Assembly: GCA_041690355.1 (NCBI GenBank)
Contig: JAWLHK010000018.1
Location: 62,001 to 84,332, forward strand
Direction of reading: 5' to 3'
Length of the DNA: 22,332 bases
From: a bacterium
Lineage (GTDB): Bacteria; J088; JAWLBW01
The position numbers and the translations under genes are program-made. The notes beneath the pieces were generated by a model that was given only the letters and a program-made list of their open reading frames with translations, was not told where the DNA came from and searched no databases. The first letter of the stretch is position 1. Every line of letters begins with the position of its first letter. Below are positions 5,291 through 13,980 of this stretch, in pieces.

Positions 5291-7789
5291 CTACCGCCCC
5301 CGCGGCTTCGGCGGCTCGGCCGTGAGCGGATCTTCGGGCCAGCTGTGCCGGGGATAGCGCCGCCCGAGCTCCTTCCGCAAAGCCGGATAGGCCCGCGCCC
5401 AGAACCCCGCCAGATCGGTCGTGACCTGCACGGCGCGCTGGTTCGGCGCGAGCAGGTGCAGCACGAGGGGAACACGGCCCCGGCCGAGCACCGGCGTTGC
5501 CTTCATGCCGAAGAAGTCCTGCAGGCGGCTCTCGGCCCAGGGCGGCCGTCCCGGTTCATAGTGGATCCGGATCCGGCGCCCGCCCGGAAGGCGCAGCTGA
5601 TCGGGGAATTCCTCGAGGATGCGCCGCTGCTCGGCCGTCAGCTGTGCCGTCCACGTGCCCAGCGGGTCGGCGTCCCGGATTTCCGCGAACGACGTGCGCC
5701 CGTGGGCCAGGGCGCGCAGCAGATCCGCTTCGATGGCCTCGCCGGTCGCGGGGAGGCCGAGCTCGGGAAACGCCTCGGCGGCCACGCGCACCCGCTCCCG
5801 CCACTGCGTGACCGAGTCCACATCGAGAAACGCGGCGAGTCCGGCGGCGGCCGCCTTCTCGGCCAATAGCGCCTGGGCCGCTTCAGAGGCGGTGCCGGCC
5901 GCGTGGGGATCTACCTTCGACTCGTCGAGCACGAGCCGATCGATCCGCAGCTGCGAAACGACTTCGACGCGCTTCGCGGACTCGAGCCAGCGCGCCTCCA
6001 CCTGTTCCACTAGCGGACTCGGGTCCATGTCGAGCAGCCAGTCGGGATCCATGGCGGCCACGAGGCGCAGCCGCAGGTCACCTTTCGTGCCGGCCTGGGC
6101 GCGCTCTTCGACGTCGACGGCGACGACCCATTCGGTTCCGCTCGGCAGATGGGGATCGAGCAGGCGCGCGGTTCCGCCGGCGGCGAGCAGGACTTCGGCG
6201 CCCGCCCCCGAACGCGCGCGGCTCAGGTGGCCGGCCACTTCGCGCACCTTGCCGATGCGGTCAGGGAACCCGGCCAGCACGGCGCGGCGCACCGCCGACT
6301 CGACCTCCGTGGGGGAAAGTGAGGAACGCTTCCGGGCGGAATCGGGCATGCGCTCGAGAAACTGCTGTCGCACGCGCGCAAGCGCCGGCTCCTCGCGCGG
6401 AAAGCGGGCGTCGAGGAGTCCGGCCACTTCATTGTCGGGCGCCTGGCGCGCTTCGGAGATCCACGCCGCGACGGTCGCCGCCTCGGCTCCCACCTTCCGC
6501 GCGACCCCTTCTTCGAGCAGGCGGGCAATCCGCGGATGCGCCGGGTACTGCACCATCCGCTTCCCGAGCGGCGTGATGGTTCCCGCGTCCGTCAGCGCGC
6601 CGAGCTGCACGAGCAGTGTCCGGGCCCGCGCAAGGGACGCTTCGGGCGGCGGCGTGAACCAGGGGAACGAGTCCACGTCGGTCGCCCCAAGTGCGGCGAG
6701 CTCGAGCAGGGTTCCGGCCAGATCGAGTCGTTCGATCTCGGGTTTCTCGAAGGCCGGCCGCGCCGCATGATCGCCGCTGCCGTACAGGCGCACGCAGACT
6801 CCCGGTGCGGTTCTGCCGGCACGCCCCGCCCGCTGGGTGGCAGAGGCCTGACTGATCCGCTGCAGGCGCAGCGTGGGCATCCCCGTCCACGGCTGGATCG
6901 AGGGGATTCGAGCGACGCCGCCGTCGAGCACGGCCGTCACGCCGTCGATCGTGATCGATGTTTCGGCCACGTTGGTCGCGAGCACGACCTTGGGCCGCCG
7001 TCCCGGCCGCACGGCGCGCTCCTGCTCTTCGCGCGAGAGATCCGCATAGAGCGGAAGGATGTCGTGCGCTCCGCCGAATCGCGCGGCAAGACGGTCGGCC
7101 GTCCGGCGGATCTCGCCGACGCCGGGCAGAAAGGCGAGCACGTCGCCGCGGTGACCGAGCCGCTCCAGCCGCTCCAAGCCGGCGAGCATGCGATCTTCCA
7201 TCGGCAGATCGTGGGGCAGATCGAGATACTCGATGTCGACAGGGAATCGGCGTCCTTCCGAGACCAGGTGGGGCGCGCCGTCGAGCCACTGCGCGATGGC
7301 GGCGCCGTCGAGGGTCGCCGACATGACGAGCAGGCGCAGCTCGGGCCGCGACGTCTGCTGCAGCCGTCGGAGGAGCGCCAGGGCGACATCCCCTTGCAGG
7401 TGGCGTTCGTGGAATTCGTCGAGGATGACCAGGCCGACGCCGCGCAGCTCGGGATCGCGCAGCAGGCGGCGCAGGAACATGCCTTCCGTGTAGAAGCGCA
7501 GGCGCGTTTCGGGTCCCCCCACGTTCTCGAAGCGGAAGTGGTAGCCGACGGTTCTGCCGATGGGCTCGCCCATTTCTTCGGCGATACGATAGGCGGCCAT
7601 GCGCGCGGCGAGCCGGCGCGGTTCGAGCACGAGAATCTCGCGTCCGCCCGGAAACGATTCCGCCAGCAGGGCCGCGGGCACGCGCGTCGTCTTGCCGGCC
7701 CCCGGCGCAGCTTCGAGCACGAGCGCATTTCCGCGCTTGAGTGCCGCGGCAATCTCGGGAAGCAGGGGATCGATAGGGAGCGCGTGCAT
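5291..7789 (-). CDS. hrpB: ATP-dependent DEAH-box RNA helicase HrpB
   Basis: 832 aa. APGAGKTT, LEPRRLAAR, DEFHER, MSATLD, LATNVAETSITI, QRAGRAGR, and HrpB C-terminus LLAPNQRAVQVTTDLAGFW...RYPRHSWPEDP. Confidence 0.96.
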   Translation of the reverse strand: MHALPIDPLLPEIAAALKRGNALVLEAAPGAGKTTRVPAALLAESFPGGREILVLEPRRLAARMAAYRIAEEMGEPIGRTVGYHFRFENVGGPETRLRFYTEGMFLRRLLRDPELRGVGLVILDEFHERHLQGDVALALLRRLQQTSRPELRLLVMSATLDGAAIAQWLDGAPHLVSEGRRFPVDIEYLDLPHDLPMEDRMLAGLERLERLGHRGDVLAFLPGVGEIRRTADRLAARFGGAHDILPLYADLSREEQERAVRPGRRPKVVLATNVAETSITIDGVTAVLDGGVARIPSIQPWTGMPTLRLQRISQASATQRAGRAGRTAPGVCVRLYGSGDHAARPAFEKPEIERLDLAGTLLELAALGATDVDSFPWFTPPPEASLARARTLLVQLGALTDAGTITPLGKRMVQYPAHPRIARLLEEGVARKVGAEAATVAAWISEARQAPDNEVAGLLDARFPREEPALARVRQQFLERMPDSARKRSSLSPTEVESAVRRAVLAGFPDRIGKVREVAGHLSRARSGAGAEVLLAAGGTARLLDPHLPSGTEWVVAVDVEERAQAGTKGDLRLRLVAAMDPDWLLDMDPSPLVEQVEARWLESAKRVEVVSQLRIDRLVLDESKVDPHAAGTASEAAQALLAEKAAAAGLAAFLDVDSVTQWRERVRVAAEAFPELGLPATGEAIEADLLRALAHGRTSFAEIRDADPLGTWTAQLTAEQRRILEEFPDQLRLPGGRRIRIHYEPGRPPWAESRLQDFFGMKATPVLGRGRVPLVLHLLAPNQRAVQVTTDLAGFWARAYPALRKELGRRYPRHSWPEDPLTAEPPKPRGR

Positions 7790-7830
7790 GTCGGAACAGG
7801 GTAGCAGAAGAGAGTTGGGAGGTCTCCGCT

Positions 7831-7979
7831 CACCTCACCCCCGCAGGATGGCCACCTCACCCCCGTCGGCGCTTGGGGCGCCGTCGGCCCCTCTCCTTCG
7901 CAAGGAGAGTGGGAAGTGCTGGAGGGGACTGCAATTACGTCCTTGCCTGCTAAGGAATCAAGAATCAGGAATCAGGAAT
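7831..7979 (+). repeat. Family B repeat plus GGAATCA heptamer array (copy 2)
   Basis: Partial head CACCTCACCCCCG at 7831, full unit at 7851-7913, then ggaatca-agaatca-ggaatca-ggaat at 7954-7979. Confidence 0.85.
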
Positions 7980-8017
7980 GGCCGCCCGGCCCGGGCGCAC
8001 CGGCTACAATGTTCCGG

Positions 8018-8644
8018 ATGCAGATCGACATTTACGCAGACATCGCCTGCCCCTGGTGCTTTATCGGCGAACGCCGGATTCGCGCGGCTCTCACGCAGCT
8101 TCCCGACATCAACGCGCGCATGACCTGGCGGCCGTATCAGTTGCAGCCCGGACTTCCCCCCGAAGGGTTGCCGTGGCAGGAATTCGCCGCGAAGAAATTC
8201 GGGAGCGAGGCGCGCATGGCCGCGCTAACGCAGTACGTGGCCGAGCAGGGGCGGGGCGACGGCATCGACTTCCGCTTCGATCGCATCCAGCGCGCCAACA
8301 ACACCGTCGACGCGCACCGTCTCATCCTCTTTGCGGCGGAATCGGGGCGGTCCTGGGACGTGGCCGAATCGCTCTTCGACGCCTACTTCGTTCTGGGGCG
8401 GAATCTGAACGACCGCAACGATCTGCTCGCTTCCGCCGAAGCGGGCGGCCTGGATCGCACTGAAGCAGATCTGTTGCTCGACAGCGGCCGCCTGACCGAC
8501 GAAGTGCATGCCAGTCAGGATCTGGCTGCGCGCCTCGGCGTCGAGGGGGTTCCTTTCTACGTCATCGACGGCAAATACGGGCTCTCGGGCGCGCAGCCGG
8601 TCGACGTGTTCGTGAAGGCGCTGCAGAAGATCGCGGCCGGCTGA
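8018..8644 (+). CDS. DsbA family oxidoreductase (FrnE-like)
   Basis: MQIDIYADIACPWCFIGERR, WRPYQLQP, NTVDAHRLI, GVEGVPFYVIDGKYGLSGAQP; probable start is the ATG at 8018. Confidence 0.93.
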   Translation: MQIDIYADIACPWCFIGERRIRAALTQLPDINARMTWRPYQLQPGLPPEGLPWQEFAAKKFGSEARMAALTQYVAEQGRGDGIDFRFDRIQRANNTVDAHRLILFAAESGRSWDVAESLFDAYFVLGRNLNDRNDLLASAEAGGLDRTEADLLLDSGRLTDEVHASQDLAARLGVEGVPFYVIDGKYGLSGAQPVDVFVKALQKIAAG

Positions 8645-8670
8645 GCGCTCGCCGGCACGACAGGCAGGGC

Positions 8671-8804
8671 GACCTCACCCCCGTCGGGGCGTGAGGCGCC
8701 GTCGGCCCCGCGCCGTCGGNNNNNNNNNNGGAGAGGGGGATCAGGAACCTGGAATCGCCGCCCCGCAAGGAGAGGGGGATCAGGAACCCGGAATCGCCGC
8801 CCCG
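8671..8804 (+). repeat. Family B repeat (copy 3), interrupted by a 10-N assembly gap
   Basis: GACCTCACCCCCGTCGGGGC....GCGCCGTCGGCCCC, N run at 8720-8729, then GGAGAGGGGG-atcaggaac..ggaatc twice. Confidence 0.75.
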
Positions 8805-9836
8805 TCACGACCAGCGGAAGATGCGCAGCGCGAGCGCGAAGGTGAGGGCGCCCCACGCCGCCAGAACCACCAGGGGGAAACTCACGGCCGCCAGGCCCGC
8901 TCCTTCGTTGATGATCGCGCGCAGGCTGTCGTTCAGCGCCGTGAGCGGAAGAATGCGGATGGCGGGCTGCATCCACGACGGAAAGTTTTCGGCCGAGAAG
9001 AAGACCCCCGACAGCACGAACATCGGCAGCATGACCGCGTTCATGAGCCCCGACACCGTCTCGGCCGTGCGCGCGCGGCTGGCCGTGAGCACCCCGACCC
9101 CCGCGAACGACATCGCGCCGAGCACCGCCACGAGCCCGATCAGCGGGATGCTTCCTTGGATGCGGATGTCGAAGGCCAGGTGGCCGAATCCCAGGAGCAC
9201 GGCCACTTCGAAGAACAGAAAGATGAGCCGCGCGATCATGTGCGAGAACAGATAGTCGCGCTTGCGCATCGGCGTGGCCAGAAAACGCTTGAGCAGCTTG
9301 CGCGTGCGGGTCTGCACGATGACCCAGCCGATGCCCCACATGCTCGCGCTCATGATGTTCATGCCGATGAGGCCGGGGAGCAGAAAGTCGATGTAGCGCG
9401 AACCCTGCGCGACGACGGTCTCCTCGCGCGTGGGCAGCGGGTCGGTTCGTCCCGCGGCGGTCTGCAGTACGCGATCGACCCGGAGCACGAGCGCCTGCGT
9501 TTCGGGACGGGTCGGATCGTACCGGTATTCCACCGGCGTGCCGCCGCCTACGGCCAGATAGGCGCGTCCCCGCGAGAGCCACAGCTGGGCCTCGGCTTCG
9601 GTGGCCCCGGTCACGATGAGCGAGTGCTCCCGGTCGAGCAGCGCCACGCGCGCCGCCTGCTCCGCGCCGGGGAGAACGACGATCGGCATGCGCGGCTGCG
9701 CGCCCGAGCGAAAAGCGAGCCCCAGCGCCAGCGCGAGAAGAATCGGAAATCCGAAGACCCAGAACAGCGTGCCCGGCTCGCGCACATACTCCCGCAGGCG
9801 GGCCAGGGTGAGTTGCCAGAGAGGTGAATTCCGCAT
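8805..9836 (-). CDS. ABC-2 type transporter permease
   Basis: 343 aa. REPGTLFWVFGFPILL, YIDFLLPGLIG, KLLKRFLATP, LSGVFFS.ENFP, LPLT; multiple TM segments. Confidence 0.93.
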   Translation of the reverse strand: MRNSPLWQLTLARLREYVREPGTLFWVFGFPILLALALGLAFRSGAQPRMPIVVLPGAEQAARVALLDREHSLIVTGATEAEAQLWLSRGRAYLAVGGGTPVEYRYDPTRPETQALVLRVDRVLQTAAGRTDPLPTREETVVAQGSRYIDFLLPGLIGMNIMSASMWGIGWVIVQTRTRKLLKRFLATPMRKRDYLFSHMIARLIFLFFEVAVLLGFGHLAFDIRIQGSIPLIGLVAVLGAMSFAGVGVLTASRARTAETVSGLMNAVMLPMFVLSGVFFSAENFPSWMQPAIRILPLTALNDSLRAIINEGAGLAAVSFPLVVLAAWGALTFALALRIFRWS

Positions 9837-9838
9837 CG

Positions 9839-10756
9839 TTACTCTCGCAGGCTTCGGCCGGTGAGCGATACGAAGACGTCTTCGAGCGTGGCCTGGCGCG
9901 TCGAAAGGCTGGTCAGCGCCACGCCGTGTTCCCGCAGTTTTCGCACGAGCTCGGGTAGCGTCTCGTGCAGGCTGCGCACGGTCAGGCGCCAGTGTCCGCC
10001 CGCGTCGCCGGCTTCAATCACGCCCGGCAGATCGGACGGAAAGGCGGCGGGAAGCGTACGATCGGTCGCGAACTCGATGACCTGATCGGCGCCGAGCCCG
10101 CCGATGAGCTCCTGCGGCGTGCCGAGCGCGATGATTTTCCCGTGGTCGACGATGGCCACCCGATCGCAGAGCTTCTCGGCTTCGTCCATGTAATGCGTGG
10201 TCAGCAGCACGGTTCGCTGGTTCTGTTTGTAGGCGTTGACGAGGTCCCATACCTGGCGCCGCGATTGCGGATCGAGCCCGGTCGTCGGCTCGTCGAGAAA
10301 GAGCAGATCCGGCGCGCCGACGAGGGCACACGCGATGGCCAGACGCTGCTTCTGTCCGCCCGAGAGCTTGCCCACCCAGCTGTTCCGCTTCTCCTCCAGA
10401 CTCACGTCGGCGAGCGTCTCTTCGACGGTGCGTCCGCGACGGTAGAAGCTGCGGAACAGGGTGAGCGTCTCGTAGACGGTCAGCTTGTCGGTGAGCTGGG
10501 TCTCCTGCAGGGCGACGCCGATGCGCTGACGCAGTTCCTCATTGTGCCGGCCCCAGGTCTGACCGAGAACGCGCACGTCGCCGGCGGTCGGCTCCAGAAG
10601 CCCTTCGAGAATCTCGACGGTCGTGGTCTTGCCCGCGCCGTTGGGTCCGAGGAGGCCGAAGCACTCGCCCGCCGGGATGGACAGGTCGAGGCCGTTCACG
10701 GCCCGCACGCCCCCCTCGTATTCCTTCACCAGTCCACTGACTTCGACCGCGTTCAT
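9839..10756 (-). CDS. ABC transporter ATP-binding protein (DrrA-like exporter ATPase)
   Basis: GPNGAGKTT, LSGGQKQR, LFLDEPTTGLD, TTHYMDEAE; probable start is the ATG at 10756 (MNAVEVSGLVK). Confidence 0.95.
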   Translation of the reverse strand: MNAVEVSGLVKEYEGGVRAVNGLDLSIPAGECFGLLGPNGAGKTTTVEILEGLLEPTAGDVRVLGQTWGRHNEELRQRIGVALQETQLTDKLTVYETLTLFRSFYRRGRTVEETLADVSLEEKRNSWVGKLSGGQKQRLAIACALVGAPDLLFLDEPTTGLDPQSRRQVWDLVNAYKQNQRTVLLTTHYMDEAEKLCDRVAIVDHGKIIALGTPQELIGGLGADQVIEFATDRTLPAAFPSDLPGVIEAGDAGGHWRLTVRSLHETLPELVRKLREHGVALTSLSTRQATLEDVFVSLTGRSLRE

Positions 10757-10935
10757 CCCAGAAAGGGTACCATAAGCCACCGCACGCGGAATGGGTTGTC
10801 GATGGTGCCGGACTGGCACGAGCGCCGAGCGCTAAGCGCTAAGCGCTGAACATGGCCGGTGATGGTACCCTCAGCGAACCTTGGGCCTTATTTCAGATTG
10901 GTGCTTGATGCTCAGCGCTTGGCGCTTCGCCGCGC

Positions 10936-11301
10936 TCAGCGGCGATCGCGGTGCACGGTGAACGGCGAGAAGGCGGGGGTGCAGATGGCGATGTACTCGG
11001 CGCCATCTTCTTCGGGGGTGCTGTAGCGGATCCACTCGCCCGGCTCGGTGATGACCGTCTGGCCGGCCCGGACTTCGAGGACGCCCCCCTCGTGCTCGAC
11101 GCGCAGCATGCCGCTCAGGACGAGGGTGATTTCGCGGAATTCCGGCGTCTGTCCCGGCTCGGTCCAGCCGCCGGGCGAACGCATGCGGGCCACGCTGATG
11201 TTCGTGTCGCCGCTGTTGACCCGCCCGACGAACTCTTCGATTCGCTTCGGCTTGGTTCCGGCGGCTTCGACAAGGGAGGGAGCACCGATCAGCTTGGGCA
11301 T
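10936..11301 (-). CDS. Cupin domain protein (EutQ-like small beta-barrel)
   Basis: 121 aa. SPGGWTEPGQTPEFREITLVLSGMLRVE...VRAGQTVITEPGEWIRYSTP, cupin motifs 1 and 2 without the metal-binding histidines. Confidence 0.85.
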   Translation of the reverse strand: MPKLIGAPSLVEAAGTKPKRIEEFVGRVNSGDTNISVARMRSPGGWTEPGQTPEFREITLVLSGMLRVEHEGGVLEVRAGQTVITEPGEWIRYSTPEEDGAEYIAICTPAFSPFTVHRDRR

Positions 11302-11344
11302 GCGGTATAGCTTGCCACAGGATCCCTCTGAAAACCAATTTGGA

Positions 11345-11863
11345 TCAGGGACGGGAGGATGTCAGGGGGCGATGGGGCAGAACCAGGCGGCGCACCATCC
11401 GGTAGCGCAGAAAGAGAACGCCACCGCGTTCGACCCGTTCGACCTCTTCGACCGTGAAACCGTGCCGCCCGAAGAGCGGACGGCTGAATTCGCTCGCTTC
11501 CGTGTACAACAGCGGAAGGCCGCGCCGCCCGGCTTCTTCGAGGAGCGCCGTCAGCAGACGCGAGCCGACGCCGCGCCGGGCCGCTGCAGGAGCAACATAA
11601 AGCGAAGTCACATGCCCGTCGGCGCCCAATCCGGCAAAGCCGAGCAGACCCGAGTCATCCTCGGCAACGAGGGTCCACGCGTCGAGGATGAAGGCAGAGA
11701 AGCGTTCGGTTTCCTGCGCGAAGGCGGCCCAGGCTTCGACCTGCTCTGCGGAATAGCGCGAAGGGCCCAGCGCGCGCACGCTCTCGGCGAACAACGCGGC
11801 AAGACCGGGAACGTCGGCCGAAGAGGCCGGGCGCAGGCGAACGTTGGCGGCGCGGGAGGTCAA
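11345..11863 (-). CDS. GNAT family N-acetyltransferase (YafP-like)
   Basis: YSAEQVEAWA, LLGFAGL...GHVTSLYVAPAAARRGVGSRLL, TEASEFSRPLFGRHGF. Likely TTG start at 11863 overlapping the upstream stop (TTGA). Confidence 0.88.
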   Translation of the reverse strand: MTSRAANVRLRPASSADVPGLAALFAESVRALGPSRYSAEQVEAWAAFAQETERFSAFILDAWTLVAEDDSGLLGFAGLGADGHVTSLYVAPAAARRGVGSRLLTALLEEAGRRGLPLLYTEASEFSRPLFGRHGFTVEEVERVERGGVLFLRYRMVRRLVLPHRPLTSSRP

Positions 11864-12231
11864 TAGGCGGCGAAGCCCCGCTCGCGCAGGTATTCCATGC
11901 ACTCGTCACGCGACCGGCAGATCTTCATGTCGGTCCCCGAAAGCGTCATGGCAACTTTGGCGAGCACGCGCAGGATGGCGCGGTCGACGAGCGCGACCTG
12001 AACCGGCTGGAGGTGCCGGATGTCTTCAAAACAGCTGGCGAAGCGGCGCGCATACCCTTCGGTCGCGTGGGCGAGGTCGCTGGCGTCGTGGAAGATGCCG
12101 ACTTTGCGTCCGCCCTCGGACAGCCCGATGACGAGCTGATGCAGCTTCGTGCACAGCGCCTGGGCCTCCTGTTCGTTGCCCGTGCCGTCGTGAACAACCA
12201 GTATGACGTTACCCTGTACAGAAATTCCCAT
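11860..12231 (-). CDS. Small SpoIIAA-like (STAS/SEC14) domain protein
   Basis: 123-aa alpha/beta pattern: GIFHDASDL, VALVDRAILRVLAKVA, KICRSRDECMEYL (compare the C-terminal F.s.eEA..WL of SpoIIAA-like proteins); SD GGGGAG. Confidence 0.55.
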   Translation of the reverse strand: MGISVQGNVILVVHDGTGNEQEAQALCTKLHQLVIGLSEGGRKVGIFHDASDLAHATEGYARRFASCFEDIRHLQPVQVALVDRAILRVLAKVAMTLSGTDMKICRSRDECMEYLRERGFAAY

Positions 12232-12316
12232 GGAGCGTCTCCCCCCCGAAGCGCAGTGCCAATCGAAAAGTATAGCGCGAACTGCGGAATGCGCAAACCC
12301 GCCGGAGAGCCTGCCG

Positions 12317-12787
12317 TCAGTGTTTGTGGCCGTCTTTCCCGTTCGCTTTCGGCGGCCGGACGCCGATGCTGCGCAGCCAGGTGTACAGGGCCGTCTTGTC
12401 GTCGTCAGAGAGCGCGGCTTCGGGATGCATGACCACGTAGATCGGCAGCGGCATGTTTCCCTCGGCGACCTCTTCCCAGACCTCTTCGAGCTTCTCGCGC
12501 TTCTTTTTGGCCGAGTACACGTTCCACATCGAAAAATTCAGGTGCTCGCGGCCGTGGTTCACGTCGCGCGCCACGAGCCAGCTCATGGGCGCCACCCAGG
12601 CATACCAGGGCCACCGCGTCTCGTGGGAGTGGCAATCGAAGCAGGCGCGGCGCAGGATGGCATCGATGTGCTGCGGCGTGACAATGGGCGTGCCGACGGG
12701 AGGATTTTCCCGCTTGACCGGAATGAGCTGGATGACGAGGAGCAGCGCGAGCGGAATGCCGGCGCCGAGAGCAAGTTTCTTCTTCAT
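12317..12787 (-). CDS. Haem-binding domain protein (monohaem c-type cytochrome, Haem_bd family)
   Basis: N-terminal membrane anchor; ILRRACFDCHSHETRWPWYAWVAPMSW (CxxCH); GREHLNFS.W; MPL..Y..MHP.A.LS. Confidence 0.9.
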   Translation of the reverse strand: MKKKLALGAGIPLALLLVIQLIPVKRENPPVGTPIVTPQHIDAILRRACFDCHSHETRWPWYAWVAPMSWLVARDVNHGREHLNFSMWNVYSAKKKREKLEEVWEEVAEGNMPLPIYVVMHPEAALSDDDKTALYTWLRSIGVRPPKANGKDGHKH

Positions 12788-12856
12788 GGTAACTCTGTCG
12801 TTCTCGGCGCGAGCCGATCAGCCGCAGGCGCCCGGGGAGATTCCCCATGGAACCTT

Positions 12857-12885
12857 AGTGTAGTGCGCCCGCGGCCCGCCCGCAA
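12857..12885 (-). promoter_or_regulatory. Putative sigma70 promoter of the haem protein gene
   Basis: Minus strand TTGCGG-N17-TACACT. Confidence 0.4.
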
Positions 12886-12909
12886 CGGCGCTGTGCGCGG
12901 AATGCGGCA

Positions 12910-13719
12910 TCAGGGGAGGGCGGCAGCCGAGGGTCGGCGCAGGCTCCCCCCGCGCAACGCTCCGGTCACCGAGGCGCGGAAGTTGGGAAGCCGATCTGCA
13001 TAGGGCCGGCTGTCGAGCGGAGGCAGGAATTCGACATCCACCGTTCCGCTCGACGGCACGAGCCGCCCGCGCGGCAGCACCTGCTGTGCGCCGTGCAGCA
13101 GAACGGGGGCGATCGGGCGCCCCGCCTCGAGGGCGATGCGCAGCGGCACTTCGTCCATGGGGAGGATCCGCGTATCCCAGGAGCGCGCCCCCAACGGTGA
13201 CAGCATGATCAGCCCGCCCGAACGCACGTACCCGACCGCCTCGGCCTCGCCGGAGCCGGGCGCAGCCGGGTCGAACAGGGCGAACGGCTGGCGCAGCAGG
13301 CGGCGTGCCCACGGCCGGCGGGCCGTCGACGGGCGGCAGGCTGCCCTGAAGGGGAGGGGCAGGGCGGTCGAGAGGATGAGCGGATCGAGCAGGCTCGCAT
13401 GATTCCACACGACGACCGCGCCGTCGTGGGGGAGCCGCTCGCTGTTCCACGTCCGCACCCGGATCCCCAGTGCGCGGAGCAGCGCTTCGGCGGCCTGCCG
13501 GTATTCTGCGCTCCCGAACGGCGCCTGGCGCAGAACGTTTCGTCGCCGCAGCAGCGCCGTGCCCACGCGCAGCAGGCGTAAGGGAAAAAGAAAGCGGTCG
13601 GCGGCACGGGCGGGCGGCACCTGGTGGCCGACCGGCGGCTGCAGGCCGCGCATGCGGGCCTCCTCGGGGGGCACGTCGGGACGGCGCAGGATGGAAACCG
13701 GACGTTTCACGGCGTTCAC
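12910..13719 (-). CDS. Lysophospholipid acyltransferase (PlsC-like), divergent
   Basis: VVVWNHASLLDP (HX4D), SPLGARS at the FPEGTRS position, IAPVLLHGAQQVLP, VDVEFLPPL; start uncertain. Confidence 0.75.
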   Translation of the reverse strand: MNAVKRPVSILRRPDVPPEEARMRGLQPPVGHQVPPARAADRFLFPLRLLRVGTALLRRRNVLRQAPFGSAEYRQAAEALLRALGIRVRTWNSERLPHDGAVVVWNHASLLDPLILSTALPLPFRAACRPSTARRPWARRLLRQPFALFDPAAPGSGEAEAVGYVRSGGLIMLSPLGARSWDTRILPMDEVPLRIALEAGRPIAPVLLHGAQQVLPRGRLVPSSGTVDVEFLPPLDSRPYADRLPNFRASVTGALRGGSLRRPSAAALP

Positions 13720-13842
13720 TCTAGGGCACGCGCCCCGCTCGAACCATCACGGGCGGCCTCGGCATTGCAGGTCGGTGGCTCAGAATGCTTCGCGTAGAAG
13801 GGGTTCTGCCCGAAAAGCGCTGCGTTGTGCGGTGATTGCTGC

Positions 13843-13871
13843 TTGCCAGGATGGGTGCGACTTCGTAGACT
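13843..13871 (+). promoter_or_regulatory. Putative sigma70 promoter of surE-pcm
   Basis: TTGCCA-N17-TAGACT. Confidence 0.55.
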
Positions 13872-13980
13872 GAACAGGCGGCTCGGGTCGCGCCTGCTTC
13901 GACGGCGGGCCGACGGGCCGGTGCCGCCACTTTATTTCCCCCCGGGGCACCTCTGGCCGGGACATCTCAGGACGTACAGC

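Noticed and set aside
8701-8804. Tandem ~36-bp duplication (8730-8765, 8769-8804) and repeated GCGCCGTCGG beside the N run
   Set aside because: They flank a 10-N scaffold gap inside a GC-rich hairpin repeat, so they may be contig-end overlap artefacts; not interpretable without reads.
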